Shown here in pieces: positions 1 through 9,641 of a stretch of DNA of 64,000 nt. The stretch's first letter is position 1, and every line of letters begins with the position of its first letter. The position numbers and the translations under genes are program-made. The notes beneath the pieces are model-generated. The model was not told the origin of the DNA. It saw nothing but the letters and a program-made list of their open reading frames with translations, and did no database searches. The DNA lies in sequence record OR670491; one strand, 5' to 3'. This DNA is from Escherichia phage vB_EcoM_JNE01.

Positions 1-6
1 TCGTCT

Positions 7-189
7 ATGACAGAAACGAGTATCCTTACTGATAGTAAACAATATCAGATTGATATGAACCGTATGATTGATATTCAAACGACTACAATTCCTTTGATTA
101 TCATGCGTTTACGTTCACAGTTAGGCAAAGCAGTAGATGAGAATACTGCTGATATTATTCGTAACTTAGCTTACGGTAATAAAGAATAA
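7..189 (+). CDS. hypothetical small protein (window-edge ORF)
   Basis: 60-aa ORF in track; stop at 187-189 immediately followed by a consensus promoter. Confidence 0.3.
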   Translation: MTETSILTDSKQYQIDMNRMIDIQTTTIPLIIMRLRSQLGKAVDENTADIIRNLAYGNKE

Positions 190-197
190 AATAACTG

Positions 198-226
198 TTG
201 ACAACCCTAGGTGCTGTGCGTATAAT
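198..226 (+). promoter_or_regulatory. sigma70-type promoter
   Basis: TTGACA (198-203), 17-nt spacer, TATAAT (221-226); about 45 nt upstream of ORF 274. Confidence 0.6.
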
Positions 227-273
227 GTTTATCACTGAGCAGCACTTATCTTAACTTAAATGAGGAACACATA

Positions 274-1407
274 ATGTCCGAGAAAGAAATCAACCCTAAA
301 AAATCAACTGCTAAAGCCGCTAAAACTGTACGTCGCACGACCAAAGCAAAAGGTAATACTTTTGATTCGAGTGATATCTTTGAACAGACAACTAAATCTC
401 TACCAGTACTGAAAGATGCCAAAGGCAACAGCATGTCTCTTACCGTTGAGAACATCAATACCATCGGTACTTCTGCTGGTGCTAACGTTGGTCGCCTGGC
501 AGACCAGATTATGTCTAAAGTGAACGTAACTGATGACAACTCTGAGTTTGGTCAGTCCATCACTACTATTCTGTCTCTGACCCGTGCTGTTGATATTGAC
601 AGTCTTCAGGATGATAAGTCCATCGTTGGTTGGGTACGTAAACTCTTTGTTAATGCTAAACAGAAAGTTGGCGACCAGTACAAAAACAGTAAAGAGCAGA
701 TTGATGAAATCATGAACACTCTCCAGACTGGCATTAACCGTCAACATGGTGAATGTGAGTGGCTTGATACTGCTTACAATGAAAACAAAAACTACCTTTT
801 CGAACTGCGTGATACCTTAGCAGAACTGGAAGTAGTAACCAAGTCACAAGATGAACGTCTAACTGAAATGCAAGCAGATAGCGAAACTGATACCTTCGCA
901 ATCCAAGAGCAGAAGATGATCTGTGAAGCCCTGTCTAAGCAGGAAGATAAGATTCGTCGTCTGATTATCATGTGTGAGCTAAGTGCTCCACGTCTGATGA
1001 GCATGAAGAAAGTAAACCTGAACACTGTTTCTAAGTTTGAAGATCTGAAATCTGTTGTTATTCCAGCATGGAAATCCCAACTGGCAGAGCAGTTGATTTC
1101 TGAACGTCAACGTAAAGACAATGAATTGGGTAATTTGATTGATAACGAAACTAACCGTTTGTTGGAAGTCAACTCTAAGATGGTAGCAACTAACATGCTA
1201 GATGCTGCTAAAGCAAATAACCGTGGTATTGTGGATATCAAAACATTGCGTAACGTACATAAAACTACAATCGACGGCATCGAAGCTGTACTGATTGAAG
1301 AGAAGAAAGGCAAAGAAGAACGTGAGCGTGCTAAAGTTGAGCTACTACAGCTTTCTCATGACCTCGAAAACACTCTGCGTGAAATTGCAGATAAATCTAA
1401 CAAATAA
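274..1407 (+). CDS. hypothetical coiled-coil protein (possible TelA-like; unverified)
   Basis: 377-aa ORF; GAGGA RBS upstream; E. coli-optimal codons (CGT/CTG/GAA); Lys/Glu-rich heptad-like segments. Confidence 0.6.
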   Translation: MSEKEINPKKSTAKAAKTVRRTTKAKGNTFDSSDIFEQTTKSLPVLKDAKGNSMSLTVENINTIGTSAGANVGRLADQIMSKVNVTDDNSEFGQSITTILSLTRAVDIDSLQDDKSIVGWVRKLFVNAKQKVGDQYKNSKEQIDEIMNTLQTGINRQHGECEWLDTAYNENKNYLFELRDTLAELEVVTKSQDERLTEMQADSETDTFAIQEQKMICEALSKQEDKIRRLIIMCELSAPRLMSMKKVNLNTVSKFEDLKSVVIPAWKSQLAEQLISERQRKDNELGNLIDNETNRLLEVNSKMVATNMLDAAKANNRGIVDIKTLRNVHKTTIDGIEAVLIEEKKGKEERERAKVELLQLSHDLENTLREIADKSNK

Positions 1408-1410
1408 TAG

Positions 1411-1439
1411 TTGACACTAAGGTGCGTTTCAAATATAAT
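1411..1439 (+). promoter_or_regulatory. sigma70-type promoter
   Basis: TTGACA (1411-1416), 17-nt spacer, TATAAT (1434-1439). Confidence 0.55.
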
Positions 1440-1467
1440 ACTCTTATTGAAACGCACCTTCTTTTTT
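1419..1467 (+). terminator. rho-independent terminator / palindrome enclosing the -10 box
   Basis: Perfect 14-bp inverted repeat AAGGTGCGTTTCAA / TTGAAACGCACCTT followed by a T-run; the loop contains the TATAAT. Confidence 0.5.
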
Positions 1468-1489
1468 AAATTAATGAAAGGATAAAATA

Positions 1490-2176
1490 ATGAAACGTCG
1501 TCATGTTGCAGTTGATATCGAATGTTTGGGTACACCAGAAAACTCCGGTTATGACATTATTATTCCTAACTATGCAGTTGTTATGGTTCCATCCAAACCA
1601 ACTCACAACATCACTAATTTTTTCTATGTTAAACAGCCTTACCAAGCACAGGTAAATGCTGGTTTGAAATCCGATGCTTCCGCTATGAGCTTTTGGATGA
1701 ACAAATGTGCTAAAGAGTATCCAGGTGCTTATGAAGAAGTAGCCAGTACTATGGATTTGGCAACTGCTGAAATCTACACCTCAAATGGTAAAGCGAAGAA
1801 AATCTTCCCAAATGACTTGATTGCAGAATTTTGGGATGAATTGCGTTATCATTATGGTGAAGAAGTTCCACATTCGGTATGGGGTAATGGTTGCCACTTC
1901 GATTGTAGTATCCTTGAAGCTAACCATCGCAAACTTTACGGCAAAACCGGAATGTGGAGTTACGATGCACCAGATAATGCTCGCACTATCAAACGCTTAC
2001 TGAATGATGCAGCACGCCAGGAAATGGATGAAATTGTGGCAGTACAGTTACCTAAATTTGTACAGTTCGCAGAATCCTGTGATGTTAAGGGTTTAGAGCT
2101 ACATCACCCACTGTTTGATGCTGCACGTGAAGCAATTCAGATTTCTTACTGTCTCAATAAATTGAAATTGGATTAA
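1490..2176 (+). CDS. DEDDh-type 3'-5' exonuclease (DnaQ/RNase T/DexA-like)
   Basis: Exo I-like VAVDIECLG, Exo II-like GNGCHFDCSIL, Exo III-like HPLFDAAREA; 228 aa. Confidence 0.6.
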   Translation: MKRRHVAVDIECLGTPENSGYDIIIPNYAVVMVPSKPTHNITNFFYVKQPYQAQVNAGLKSDASAMSFWMNKCAKEYPGAYEEVASTMDLATAEIYTSNGKAKKIFPNDLIAEFWDELRYHYGEEVPHSVWGNGCHFDCSILEANHRKLYGKTGMWSYDAPDNARTIKRLLNDAARQEMDEIVAVQLPKFVQFAESCDVKGLELHHPLFDAAREAIQISYCLNKLKLD

Positions 2177-2177
2177 T

Positions 2178-3275
2178 ATGATGAATTTTGTTATCTTACT
2201 TATTCCGTCTTTGATTGTTGTTCTGGTTATGAAGTACATGTACGACCACACTATCAGTACTAAAGAGTTTTTCATTCATCTTTGTTCTTGTGTCGTGGGT
2301 GCATTATTGGTTCTTTGTGTTTCATATGCAATTAACTACAGTCAGCTTCATGATGTTGAAATCCTTAATGGACATGTAACATCAAAATACAACCACACTG
2401 AGTTCTGCACACCGAGTAGTTCATGTAAGCACTATACTTGGCATAAGAAGTGTCATACCAGTTATGATAGTAAGGGTAGAACACATCGTGAGTGTGAATC
2501 ATATAAGGTCTTTGATTATTCATACGAAGTTGATTGGTACGTTGACAGTACTGTAGGTAAGTTCGAAATTGAACGAGTGAATCGTCAAGGAACAATGACT
2601 CCACCAAGATGGAGTGTAGTTAAGATTGGTGATTATGCCGCCGCAGAGCATAACTATATCAACTATCTATTTGCTGATGAGCATTCATTGTTTAGTGAAA
2701 AACAAATCACTGAAGTATACGATCCTGAATACTTAGAACGTATTCCGACTTATCCATCGATTAGTAATTATTATAAAACATACCATGTTATTAATAAAAC
2801 TAATTATGATGTATCTGGTTTGAATGAGTATTTGATTGAAGAACTAAAAACAATGGGGGAACGTAAACAAGTAAACATTCAAGTACTTGTGTATCCTTAC
2901 CTTGATGTGAACTTTGTTGATGCTACATTAGCTGCATGGCGTGGTGGTAAGAAGAACGATGTGATTATGTTCTTTGGTATTGATGGTGATGGTACAGTGA
3001 AGAAATTCGATAGTACTTCATTCGCTAAAGGTATGAATAACGAAGATCTGCATTCTCAAATGCGTATGGATTCGTTAAATGAGAAATTATCGCTTGACTT
3101 GTTGAAGGTTCAGGTGCATAATATTGATACAAAGTTCCAGAGACTATCCAATCAAGAATTTGAATATCTCTCTGTTAAAATGGAACCACGTAAGGATGTT
3201 ATGATTATCGCTTCATTCATCCTAATGCTACTGTCAATCGTAATTGGTAATTACATGAGGAAAGTTGATTTATGA
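2178..3275 (+). CDS. membrane protein with N- and C-terminal TM segments (possible TPM-like partner of LemA)
   Basis: Hydrophobic N-terminus (FVILLIPSLIVVLV) and C-terminus (VMIIASFILMLLSIVIG); overlaps next gene by 4 nt. Confidence 0.55.
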   Translation: MMNFVILLIPSLIVVLVMKYMYDHTISTKEFFIHLCSCVVGALLVLCVSYAINYSQLHDVEILNGHVTSKYNHTEFCTPSSSCKHYTWHKKCHTSYDSKGRTHRECESYKVFDYSYEVDWYVDSTVGKFEIERVNRQGTMTPPRWSVVKIGDYAAAEHNYINYLFADEHSLFSEKQITEVYDPEYLERIPTYPSISNYYKTYHVINKTNYDVSGLNEYLIEELKTMGERKQVNIQVLVYPYLDVNFVDATLAAWRGGKKNDVIMFFGIDGDGTVKKFDSTSFAKGMNNEDLHSQMRMDSLNEKLSLDLLKVQVHNIDTKFQRLSNQEFEYLSVKMEPRKDVMIIASFILMLLSIVIGNYMRKVDL

Positions 3276-3826
3276 ATACTAAAGTAATGGTACTACTGGG
3301 CTTCTTGGTTGTTGTTATGATTGGTTGTTTTGGCGTAGTAAGTATGTTTACTGGTGCTCATGACCGTGCAGTAGAGTTTGAAGGAAATATTAAGAAGTAC
3401 TATGATGCTTCCGAAAGTCAACTAAGTAATTACACACTGAAAATCCAAGAGAAAAACCAAATAGCTGATAAGTACAAAGACGCACTAAAAGATACTATTG
3501 AAGCATATTTCCGTGGACGTGAAGGTGTTGACCAGAAATTTGTAATGTCACAGATTCAGCAACAGATTCCAAATCTTGATCCTAAGATTTATCAAGAAAT
3601 GATGGTTACAATTGATGCGGGTCGTGATAAATTCAACAACCTCCAGAAAATGAAAATTGACCAGTGTACCGATTATGAAAAATTCCGTAAAGGGTTCTGG
3701 AACTCCAAACTTCTAGATACCGCCGTGTTCCCTGGTAAAGACATTGAGCATCTATGTACTGTAGTTTCTGATGTACGAACTAAGAAAGCAATGCAAACTG
3801 GTATTCAAGAAGTAATTAAACTGTAA
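3272..3826 (+). CDS. LemA-like membrane protein (tentative)
   Basis: N-terminal TM followed by a ~160-aa domain whose C-terminal half (IPNLDPKIY...AGRDKFN...YEKFRKGFW) resembles the LemA family pattern. Confidence 0.5.
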   Translation: MNTKVMVLLGFLVVVMIGCFGVVSMFTGAHDRAVEFEGNIKKYYDASESQLSNYTLKIQEKNQIADKYKDALKDTIEAYFRGREGVDQKFVMSQIQQQIPNLDPKIYQEMMVTIDAGRDKFNNLQKMKIDQCTDYEKFRKGFWNSKLLDTAVFPGKDIEHLCTVVSDVRTKKAMQTGIQEVIKL

Positions 3827-3873
3827 CTAATGTTGGGAGTTCATTGTGAACTCCCTTTACTATAGGTGAATGT

Positions 3874-4476
3874 ATGTTTTTTAAAGAAACTCTAGAAGTG
3901 TTTGATATTGTCAAAGCATTGTATTACAGTAATAATATGGTAGAATGTATCTTACCATATGAATATAGTAATGATGCTGGACACAGTTTACGCATTGAAT
4001 CGGTTAATGGTTTTCACGGATACTATCAGTTTACCAAAAAACTTTCAGTACCGGAACATACCGTTCAATCCGTTCAAAAGCCACTAGGCCAGCATGTACA
4101 CTCTATTCCCAATCCAATTACCAATACCAATAACATATCAATATCAGGTGGCATCGCGTTTAATACAGTGACTACACCACAACGCTATACTATTAAAGTT
4201 AAAGTGGATAGAAATTTACGTACTTTATTAAGTGTTGATTGGTATGAATTAAAAGGTACTGGTTATTATATTAATAGTAATGGAACGGCTGTTGCAACTG
4301 ATGGGAACTTAATCGCATCTGCATTATATCTAGGTGAATCAACTATAGTTGATGGTGTATTATATGGAAATGATTCAGCCGAAGCATTTTTGAAAGATGT
4401 AGCCAGTGATGATAAAATAAGTATTCTTTCACTTATTAATCTACGTAAGGATGCAGATGAAATATTTAAAAAATGA
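3874..4476 (+). CDS. hypothetical protein (AT-rich gene)
   Basis: 200-aa ORF; low GC, Asn/Tyr-rich. Confidence 0.5.
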   Translation: MFFKETLEVFDIVKALYYSNNMVECILPYEYSNDAGHSLRIESVNGFHGYYQFTKKLSVPEHTVQSVQKPLGQHVHSIPNPITNTNNISISGGIAFNTVTTPQRYTIKVKVDRNLRTLLSVDWYELKGTGYYINSNGTAVATDGNLIASALYLGESTIVDGVLYGNDSAEAFLKDVASDDKISILSLINLRKDADEIFKK

Positions 4477-5056
4477 TTATAAGCACCAAGAAATACTAAA
4501 AACCGTAGAACAACAAGTTAATGCGGATTTAATGAAACTTAGTAATTTTGATCTTACTATATTTCATTATCTTGAATTGGAAAACCAGTTCGATTCATTT
4601 AATATTACCGTACATCCTAATAAGATCGTTGCAAAAAGTAAATTATATTACCCAGTAAAAGTTACTGAACTGCAATATAATAGTCCTTATATTAATCATA
4701 TAAGTGCTATTGCTAATGCAAAATCTTATAATAATAATTCTTGGATATCAAACACAATACAACAATCGATGCAATCTAAAAACCAACAGACTTTCGATAC
4801 AACTGTAAAAATAAAATACGAATACATTTTTGATACAGATGGTGTTTTTATGGGGTATAGTGTATTTGAAAATCTCAATGAGATGATACACCAGGTCGTA
4901 CTTGGTAAACATAAAGTTTTCGTAGATGCAGAGTGGTATCAGTACGAGGATTTTCGAGCAGTTGCATTTCAGAAAACATTAGTACAAGATGAAGCATTCT
5001 CTCTATTATTTGTTTGTGATATTATTTCCACACTAAGAGGTGACTTATGTATTTGA
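4451..5056 (+). CDS. hypothetical protein (AT-rich gene)
   Basis: 201-aa ORF; low GC. Confidence 0.5.
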   Translation: MQMKYLKNDYKHQEILKTVEQQVNADLMKLSNFDLTIFHYLELENQFDSFNITVHPNKIVAKSKLYYPVKVTELQYNSPYINHISAIANAKSYNNNSWISNTIQQSMQSKNQQTFDTTVKIKYEYIFDTDGVFMGYSVFENLNEMIHQVVLGKHKVFVDAEWYQYEDFRAVAFQKTLVQDEAFSLLFVCDIISTLRGDLCI

Positions 5057-5394
5057 TTGTTGTAGGAATTTTTTTAGTACTTTCTATCATTGCAGTTAAA
5101 TTGGCTGCTGTAGTTCGTTCTAAGTTAGTTGTAGGTGAAGATGGTTCAGTACTGGATTTTGTTATGGACTATCCAAAAACGTGTGCTATAATTGTACTTG
5201 TATTCCAGTTGTTTGGTGCATTTACAGTACGCCATCATCTGTACAATTTATATGATTGTAGTGTTCGCTCTGCATCACAAGGTGTAGAAACAGATTACAG
5301 TTGGTACTATGAGAAGTGCCGATTCAAAAACCAACATGGTATTTGGGTTGACTTTGATAAATTACGAGGAACACCATCTGGTGAAGAAGAATAA
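5047..5394 (+). CDS. hypothetical membrane protein
   Basis: 115-aa ORF with hydrophobic N-terminus (LIVVGIFLVLSIIAV). Confidence 0.5.
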   Translation: MYLIVVGIFLVLSIIAVKLAAVVRSKLVVGEDGSVLDFVMDYPKTCAIIVLVFQLFGAFTVRHHLYNLYDCSVRSASQGVETDYSWYYEKCRFKNQHGIWVDFDKLRGTPSGEEE

Positions 5395-5876
5395 TGTTTG
5401 AATTCCCTGAAGAAGAAAAGAATTACATCGATGCTACTGATGATGGTTATCGTCACATTAACATCTATAGTAAAGCAAAAACTAAACTTGGAAGGGATCT
5501 ATCAAACTTTTCTAATCATAGCTTTAGACTAGAACCTTATGGTTGGTTCCCGTCAGTAGAGACATTCTACTTCTGGTTCTTAACAGGACAGAAGCATGAT
5601 GATCTACGTAAAGTATCAGGGGCAGCGGCGAAAGCTGCTGCTAACAAGTACATGCATGACCGTATTGAGATGACAGATGAATGTATATCTATCATCCAGG
5701 ATGCTATTTGTGCAAAGATAATGCAAAATCCAGAATTAGCTGAACGCTTACGTAAGAGTAAATTACCATTTTGTCATTACTATGTGTACGCTGGGAAAGT
5801 TGTAGATGTTTCTGGTGAGCACTCATGGTTTGTTCAGACGTTCGAAGACATTAGAACAGCATTGAGGGAATTATGA
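5394..5876 (+). CDS. hypothetical protein; possible NADAR/YbiA-like domain
   Basis: 160-aa ORF; LSNFSNHSF...YGWFPSVETFYFW segment resembles the NADAR fold signature (low certainty). Confidence 0.5.
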   Translation: MFEFPEEEKNYIDATDDGYRHINIYSKAKTKLGRDLSNFSNHSFRLEPYGWFPSVETFYFWFLTGQKHDDLRKVSGAAAKAAANKYMHDRIEMTDECISIIQDAICAKIMQNPELAERLRKSKLPFCHYYVYAGKVVDVSGEHSWFVQTFEDIRTALREL

Positions 5877-6166
5877 GTAAATTATTCAGTACAGAAGGAT
5901 GTTGGTGCTGTTTTTCGAAAAATGTAAACTACGATATGGTAATGGAGATTGTTGGTAGAAATTATATTATAAGCGATTACTCTTATAATTATGATACTCT
6001 ATCAATAGTGACGTATCAATGTATATGTAATAATTGTTGGGCTAACGGAATATATGACAAATTAGCATGTTCTACAAACGAATGGATAGTATTATGTTTT
6101 AGTGAATATGTTTCAAACAACAAAGAGTTCTTTGAAAGGAGAGTTGATGCCAGAAAAAATGTTTAA
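5873..6166 (+). CDS. hypothetical Cys-rich protein
   Basis: 97-aa ORF with CWCC / CICNNC motifs; overlaps neighbours by 4 nt. Confidence 0.4.
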   Translation: MSKLFSTEGCWCCFSKNVNYDMVMEIVGRNYIISDYSYNYDTLSIVTYQCICNNCWANGIYDKLACSTNEWIVLCFSEYVSNNKEFFERRVDARKNV

Positions 6167-6386
6167 TTCTTACAATATGGATTCACTGCTTATTCCAAGT
6201 AATGACAGTACTGTTAAGATGAACATGTATTGGATTGTTAAAAATGGAAAAGTATTTCAGCACAAGATTACCAAAGTATGGCAATGTAATTCCAATAAAA
6301 TTATTGTACAATGCATTTCTAATGAATTCCCAGATACTGAAGTGGTTTTCATGCCGTATGCATATGTGCCAAAGGAAAAATTATGA
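6147..6386 (+). CDS. hypothetical protein
   Basis: Track ORF 6102-6386 trimmed to the ATG at 6147, which follows an AAGGAG RBS. Confidence 0.4.
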   Translation: MPEKMFNSYNMDSLLIPSNDSTVKMNMYWIVKNGKVFQHKITKVWQCNSNKIIVQCISNEFPDTEVVFMPYAYVPKEKL

Positions 6387-6541
6387 AAACGATGTTGACA
6401 TTATTCTTAGTACCACTTATAATGATTGTATTGTCTATTGGTGTTCCACAAACGTATGTGGTACAATTAAATATAATTGAGATTATATTGTTCGTGGTGC
6501 ATTGTTTATTATGCCGTAGTTATGTCAAGAAGAGGACTTAA
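6383..6541 (+). CDS. small hydrophobic membrane protein (52 aa)
   Basis: ATG overlapping previous stop (ATGA); AAGGAAA RBS; strongly hydrophobic; below track size cutoff. Confidence 0.35.
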   Translation: MKTMLTLFLVPLIMIVLSIGVPQTYVVQLNIIEIILFVVHCLLCRSYVKKRT

Positions 6542-6963
6542 TGAAATACTTTAAAACACAATTGGTTGTCAGTTCTGGTAAATCGCCGTGGGAGTTCTAT
6601 GAAGTTCCAGACGATTGGGACGAAGAATATTTAAAAGATTATGTACTTGAAGTAAATCAATGGGTTTACAACGCTGAATGTTTCACGTATAATGCAGTTG
6701 AAATCACAGAAACAGATTATCGTTTCGGTGTACAGGCAGTACAGTACTACGCATCTGATAGCAAGATGCTACAAGAGAACGTATTTCCTGTAAGAGAATG
6801 GGCGATTCTGCTTGCAAATCCGAATAAACCTGTTAGAATAGGTTATCCAAATATGCATCAGGTATATCGTATGAATGACAAACGTGAATTAAGTTATCAG
6901 TACGATTACAATGCTGCTAAATTTGGAATTCTTAAACAATTTCTAAAGGCATACCCAGTATGA
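6541..6963 (+). CDS. hypothetical protein
   Basis: 140-aa ORF tiling with neighbours. Confidence 0.55.
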   Translation: MKYFKTQLVVSSGKSPWEFYEVPDDWDEEYLKDYVLEVNQWVYNAECFTYNAVEITETDYRFGVQAVQYYASDSKMLQENVFPVREWAILLANPNKPVRIGYPNMHQVYRMNDKRELSYQYDYNAAKFGILKQFLKAYPV

Positions 6964-7298
6964 AAGAAGTAGAAAGTAAAGAGTGGATTGTTCGTTGCCA
7001 CTGCCATGACAAATCTGACCATGTTATTCATATTGCACAATATGACTTGACAGATGAGCACGGTGATGATAAAATGGGTCAATGTGTTATCACAACTCGT
7101 TTAGACCCACGAGCAGGATTATTTAAAAGAGCATGGATTGCGTTGAAGTATATGTTTGGTGTTGGGTGTTATCAGTACGTTGAAACAATAATTGATGTTG
7201 ACATTCTGAAAGAAGTCGTGTTACAATTAGAAGATAAACGAACTGATGACGAAAAAAAGGATGACCGCAGTTGTCGAACTGAAGTGAAAGTTTTATGA
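6960..7298 (+). CDS. hypothetical protein
   Basis: 112-aa ORF; 4-nt overlap with neighbours. Confidence 0.5.
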   Translation: MKEVESKEWIVRCHCHDKSDHVIHIAQYDLTDEHGDDKMGQCVITTRLDPRAGLFKRAWIALKYMFGVGCYQYVETIIDVDILKEVVLQLEDKRTDDEKKDDRSCRTEVKVL

Positions 7299-7489
7299 GT
7301 ACTGAACTTTATGAAAAAAAGTACTGTACAAGTTGTCTAACAGAGTATACAATACAAGGTATGGTGATTTGCACAAAGTGTCAGTCATCAAAATCATCAA
7401 CGTTTTTAGTCGATGACCGATTTAGTGATTTGAAACAGTTCAAAGCAAATCGTGTTCTTCGTGAATTTAGCAAACTAAATAAGGAATAA
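7295..7489 (+). CDS. hypothetical protein with Zn-ribbon-like CxxC...CxxC
   Basis: CTSC...CTKC pair within 64 aa. Confidence 0.45.
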   Translation: MSTELYEKKYCTSCLTEYTIQGMVICTKCQSSKSSTFLVDDRFSDLKQFKANRVLREFSKLNKE

Positions 7490-7492
7490 TCA

Positions 7493-7921
7493 ATGAATAT
7501 CGAACAAGTAATCCGCTCTAACGCTTTCTTCTCTGCTGAATCTGGTCGTGTTATCGAAGATATCAAAATCGAAGAACTGATGATCAACGTTAAGTACAAA
7601 GAACAGAACGAAGAAATGTCCAGCAGCATCTGTGCTCTACGTGCTCCATTCCGTAGTGAAAAAGCTAAGAAGCCAGCATATGTTCTAGCGATTGCTCTTG
7701 GTTGTGTAGTGAAGAAAGCAATTGACTCCAACCAACTAAATATCAAAGTTGCTCCAATGAACGATGAAGAGAACATCAACCTGGACTTCGACGGTCAACT
7801 GTCTGAAGAAGAATTCTTCCAGCTTTCTCTGATTCATGACTTCCGTAGCATCAACTTTGACCACATTCACTTCATCGACGAAATGGTTGAATTGGTTTCT
7901 CAGTACGAAGCTGAACTGTAA
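7493..7921 (+). CDS. EE-x-FFQxS-motif family protein
   Basis: 142 aa; motif SEEEFFQLSLIHDF about 35 aa from C-terminus; E. coli-optimal codon usage; followed by strong terminator. Confidence 0.65.
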   Translation: MNIEQVIRSNAFFSAESGRVIEDIKIEELMINVKYKEQNEEMSSSICALRAPFRSEKAKKPAYVLAIALGCVVKKAIDSNQLNIKVAPMNDEENINLDFDGQLSEEEFFQLSLIHDFRSINFDHIHFIDEMVELVSQYEAEL

Positions 7922-7935
7922 TAAGTAATAAAACA

Positions 7936-7959
7936 AGCCTCCTTGAAAGGGGGCTTTTG
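7936..7959 (+). terminator. rho-independent terminator
   Basis: Hairpin AGCCTCC-TTGAAA-GGGGGCT followed by TTTT. Confidence 0.6.
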
Positions 7960-7975
7960 TCATAAGGATATGTAA

Positions 7976-8533
7976 ATGAAGTTAATAGAACAAATTCAAA
8001 CCCTATCAAATCAGATTGCAGAGTTCTTGTCTGATAAAGAAGGATTTAAAGTAGAAATCACACACCACGGTGTAGGTATTGTTGTAACTTATCCAAGTGG
8101 TGATACAATGGATTATGATGTGTATGAGCTATTGCTATACACCCTAGCAGTGCGTAAGCTCGGTAGTGATATCGAACTTAAAATCAACAAAGATGAAAAT
8201 GGTAATGAAGTTTTTGCAGTAAACACTGATGCTAAACTTGACATTCCTGCTGGATTCACTAAAATCAATGAATCATTTATTGGTTTTAAACATGATTCTA
8301 TTCAGAGTGTTTTTATTGGTCGTCAAATTGCAAACACCCAATTCCCATACACTGTTATGACATTGTATAAAAACGGCAACTGGATGCGTCAGGATTTGGT
8401 AATGGCTGAAGTACTGTATGCACTAACCCATGACCTAAGCCTTGAACTCGTTGATAGTGCATTCTGCTTTAAACGTATTCGCAAACTATCTGCTGACATT
8501 CAAGCGGAACTAAAAGAACTAAATGATAAATAA
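7976..8533 (+). CDS. hypothetical protein
   Basis: 185-aa ORF between two terminators. Confidence 0.55.
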   Translation: MKLIEQIQTLSNQIAEFLSDKEGFKVEITHHGVGIVVTYPSGDTMDYDVYELLLYTLAVRKLGSDIELKINKDENGNEVFAVNTDAKLDIPAGFTKINESFIGFKHDSIQSVFIGRQIANTQFPYTVMTLYKNGNWMRQDLVMAEVLYALTHDLSLELVDSAFCFKRIRKLSADIQAELKELNDK

Positions 8534-8650
8534 ATGTACCAGAAATGGTTAACATAATCATGTTACTTTCCTCCCTTATACAATAATGATTTGTTATTCC
8601 ACATTTTATTTTTTCATTTCTCTTTTTTCGTACAAATTCTTTTTCGTACT

Positions 8651-8672
8651 GCCCCTACTTAGGGGCATTTTT
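8651..8672 (+). terminator. rho-independent terminator
   Basis: Hairpin GCCCCTACTTAGGGGC followed by a T-run. Confidence 0.6.
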
Positions 8673-8690
8673 ATTGCCTAAAATAAAGTT

Positions 8691-8718
8691 TTGACATTTG
8701 GTGATTAGGTGATATAAT
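8691..8718 (+). promoter_or_regulatory. sigma70-type promoter
   Basis: TTGACA (8691-8696), 16-nt spacer, TATAAT (8713-8718). Confidence 0.55.
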
Positions 8719-8745
8719 ATTCATATACATCTTAGAGGATACATT

Positions 8746-9174
8746 ATGATTTTCGATTTGCATTCATTTTTTAATAAATTCAACGAAGCTGATATCCCTA
8801 CGTGGGACGTAAAAATCAATCACACTAATAAATCATTGTGGCTACATAAAGGTAATGAATCGATCCAGATGATGATTAATGATGATTATGATATCACCCG
8901 CTTCTACCACATGGAAGAAAACAAAACCTTCGTTAAGGTTGCTTTCGACATATCTGATGATAATCTGTTCATCAACGTTCTGTCAGCCGGTTCTCATGTC
9001 CTGGTTGATGCTAAAATCAAAGAGATTAGTACTATCAAAAGTGAGGAAGGATTGTTTCAACGATCTGTTATTGAAGACCTGTACAATGTAGAATACTCTG
9101 ATATTGTGAAGCTGAAGGCAATCGTGGATAGTCTTAAAGCAAAAGCAAAAGAACTCATCAAAGAGGTATACTAA
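8746..9174 (+). CDS. EE-x-FFQxS-motif family protein
   Basis: 142 aa; motif SEEGLFQRSVIEDL. Confidence 0.6.
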   Translation: MIFDLHSFFNKFNEADIPTWDVKINHTNKSLWLHKGNESIQMMINDDYDITRFYHMEENKTFVKVAFDISDDNLFINVLSAGSHVLVDAKIKEISTIKSEEGLFQRSVIEDLYNVEYSDIVKLKAIVDSLKAKAKELIKEVY

Positions 9175-9641
9175 TGAAAAGCATTCTCCAAAACTGGAAT
9201 CCAGACACAATTAGTACTGAAACTAAATCGTCTTTTGCGTTCTCTATTATTAACATTGACGTTATAGATTATCTATCTATTGATTCGATGGACGCAAAGG
9301 AATGCACACATCGTGTGTGGTATGATTATGACCAAGGCGTAGAACTGACACTTACGTATAACACAGAAGATTTGGTTCAAAGTGAACAATACAGTGTGTG
9401 CCTTGATGGTACTATTGGTATTCGAAAGCATTACTTGAATGATGATGGGAAAGTTATTTCCGAAACAATCAATATCACAGATCATGGTTTTAATGAAGAA
9501 TCTTTCTTCATGGAAAGTACTATGCAGAATTTTGGCACAATGACTTTTGAAGATTATGTACATCTTAAAATTCTATATCGCAAAGTACTGGAAGTTGTTG
9601 CCGAACTGGAAAAGGTGAACAAACATGATCAACATTCATAA
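9174..9641 (+). CDS. EE-x-FFQxS-motif family protein (variant FFMES)
   Basis: 155 aa; motif NEESFFMESTMQNF; start overlaps previous stop. Confidence 0.6.
   Translation: MKSILQNWNPDTISTETKSSFAFSIINIDVIDYLSIDSMDAKECTHRVWYDYDQGVELTLTYNTEDLVQSEQYSVCLDGTIGIRKHYLNDDGKVISETINITDHGFNEESFFMESTMQNFGTMTFEDYVHLKILYRKVLEVVAELEKVNKHDQHS

Noticed and set aside
246-747. Minus-strand ORFs 246-539 and 400-747 from the six-frame track
   Set aside because: They lie entirely antisense to the well-supported + strand gene 274-1407, with no RBS or terminator context; typical spurious antisense frames. The same reasoning applies to 792-1025, 1107-1313, 2365-2607, 7381-7779, 9273-9563, 11168-11467, 12712-13056, 35459-35851, 54814-55089, 55236-55559 and similar.
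274-1407. Confident TelA (toxic anion resistance) assignment for the first large gene
   Set aside because: It rests only on size and coiled-coil character recalled from memory; no diagnostic motif verified, so it is reported as hypothetical with a tentative note.
6235-6480. Track ORF overlapping 6147-6386 and the small membrane ORF 6383-6541
   Set aside because: Alternative frame; the neighbouring ORFs have better RBS context and tile without overlap.
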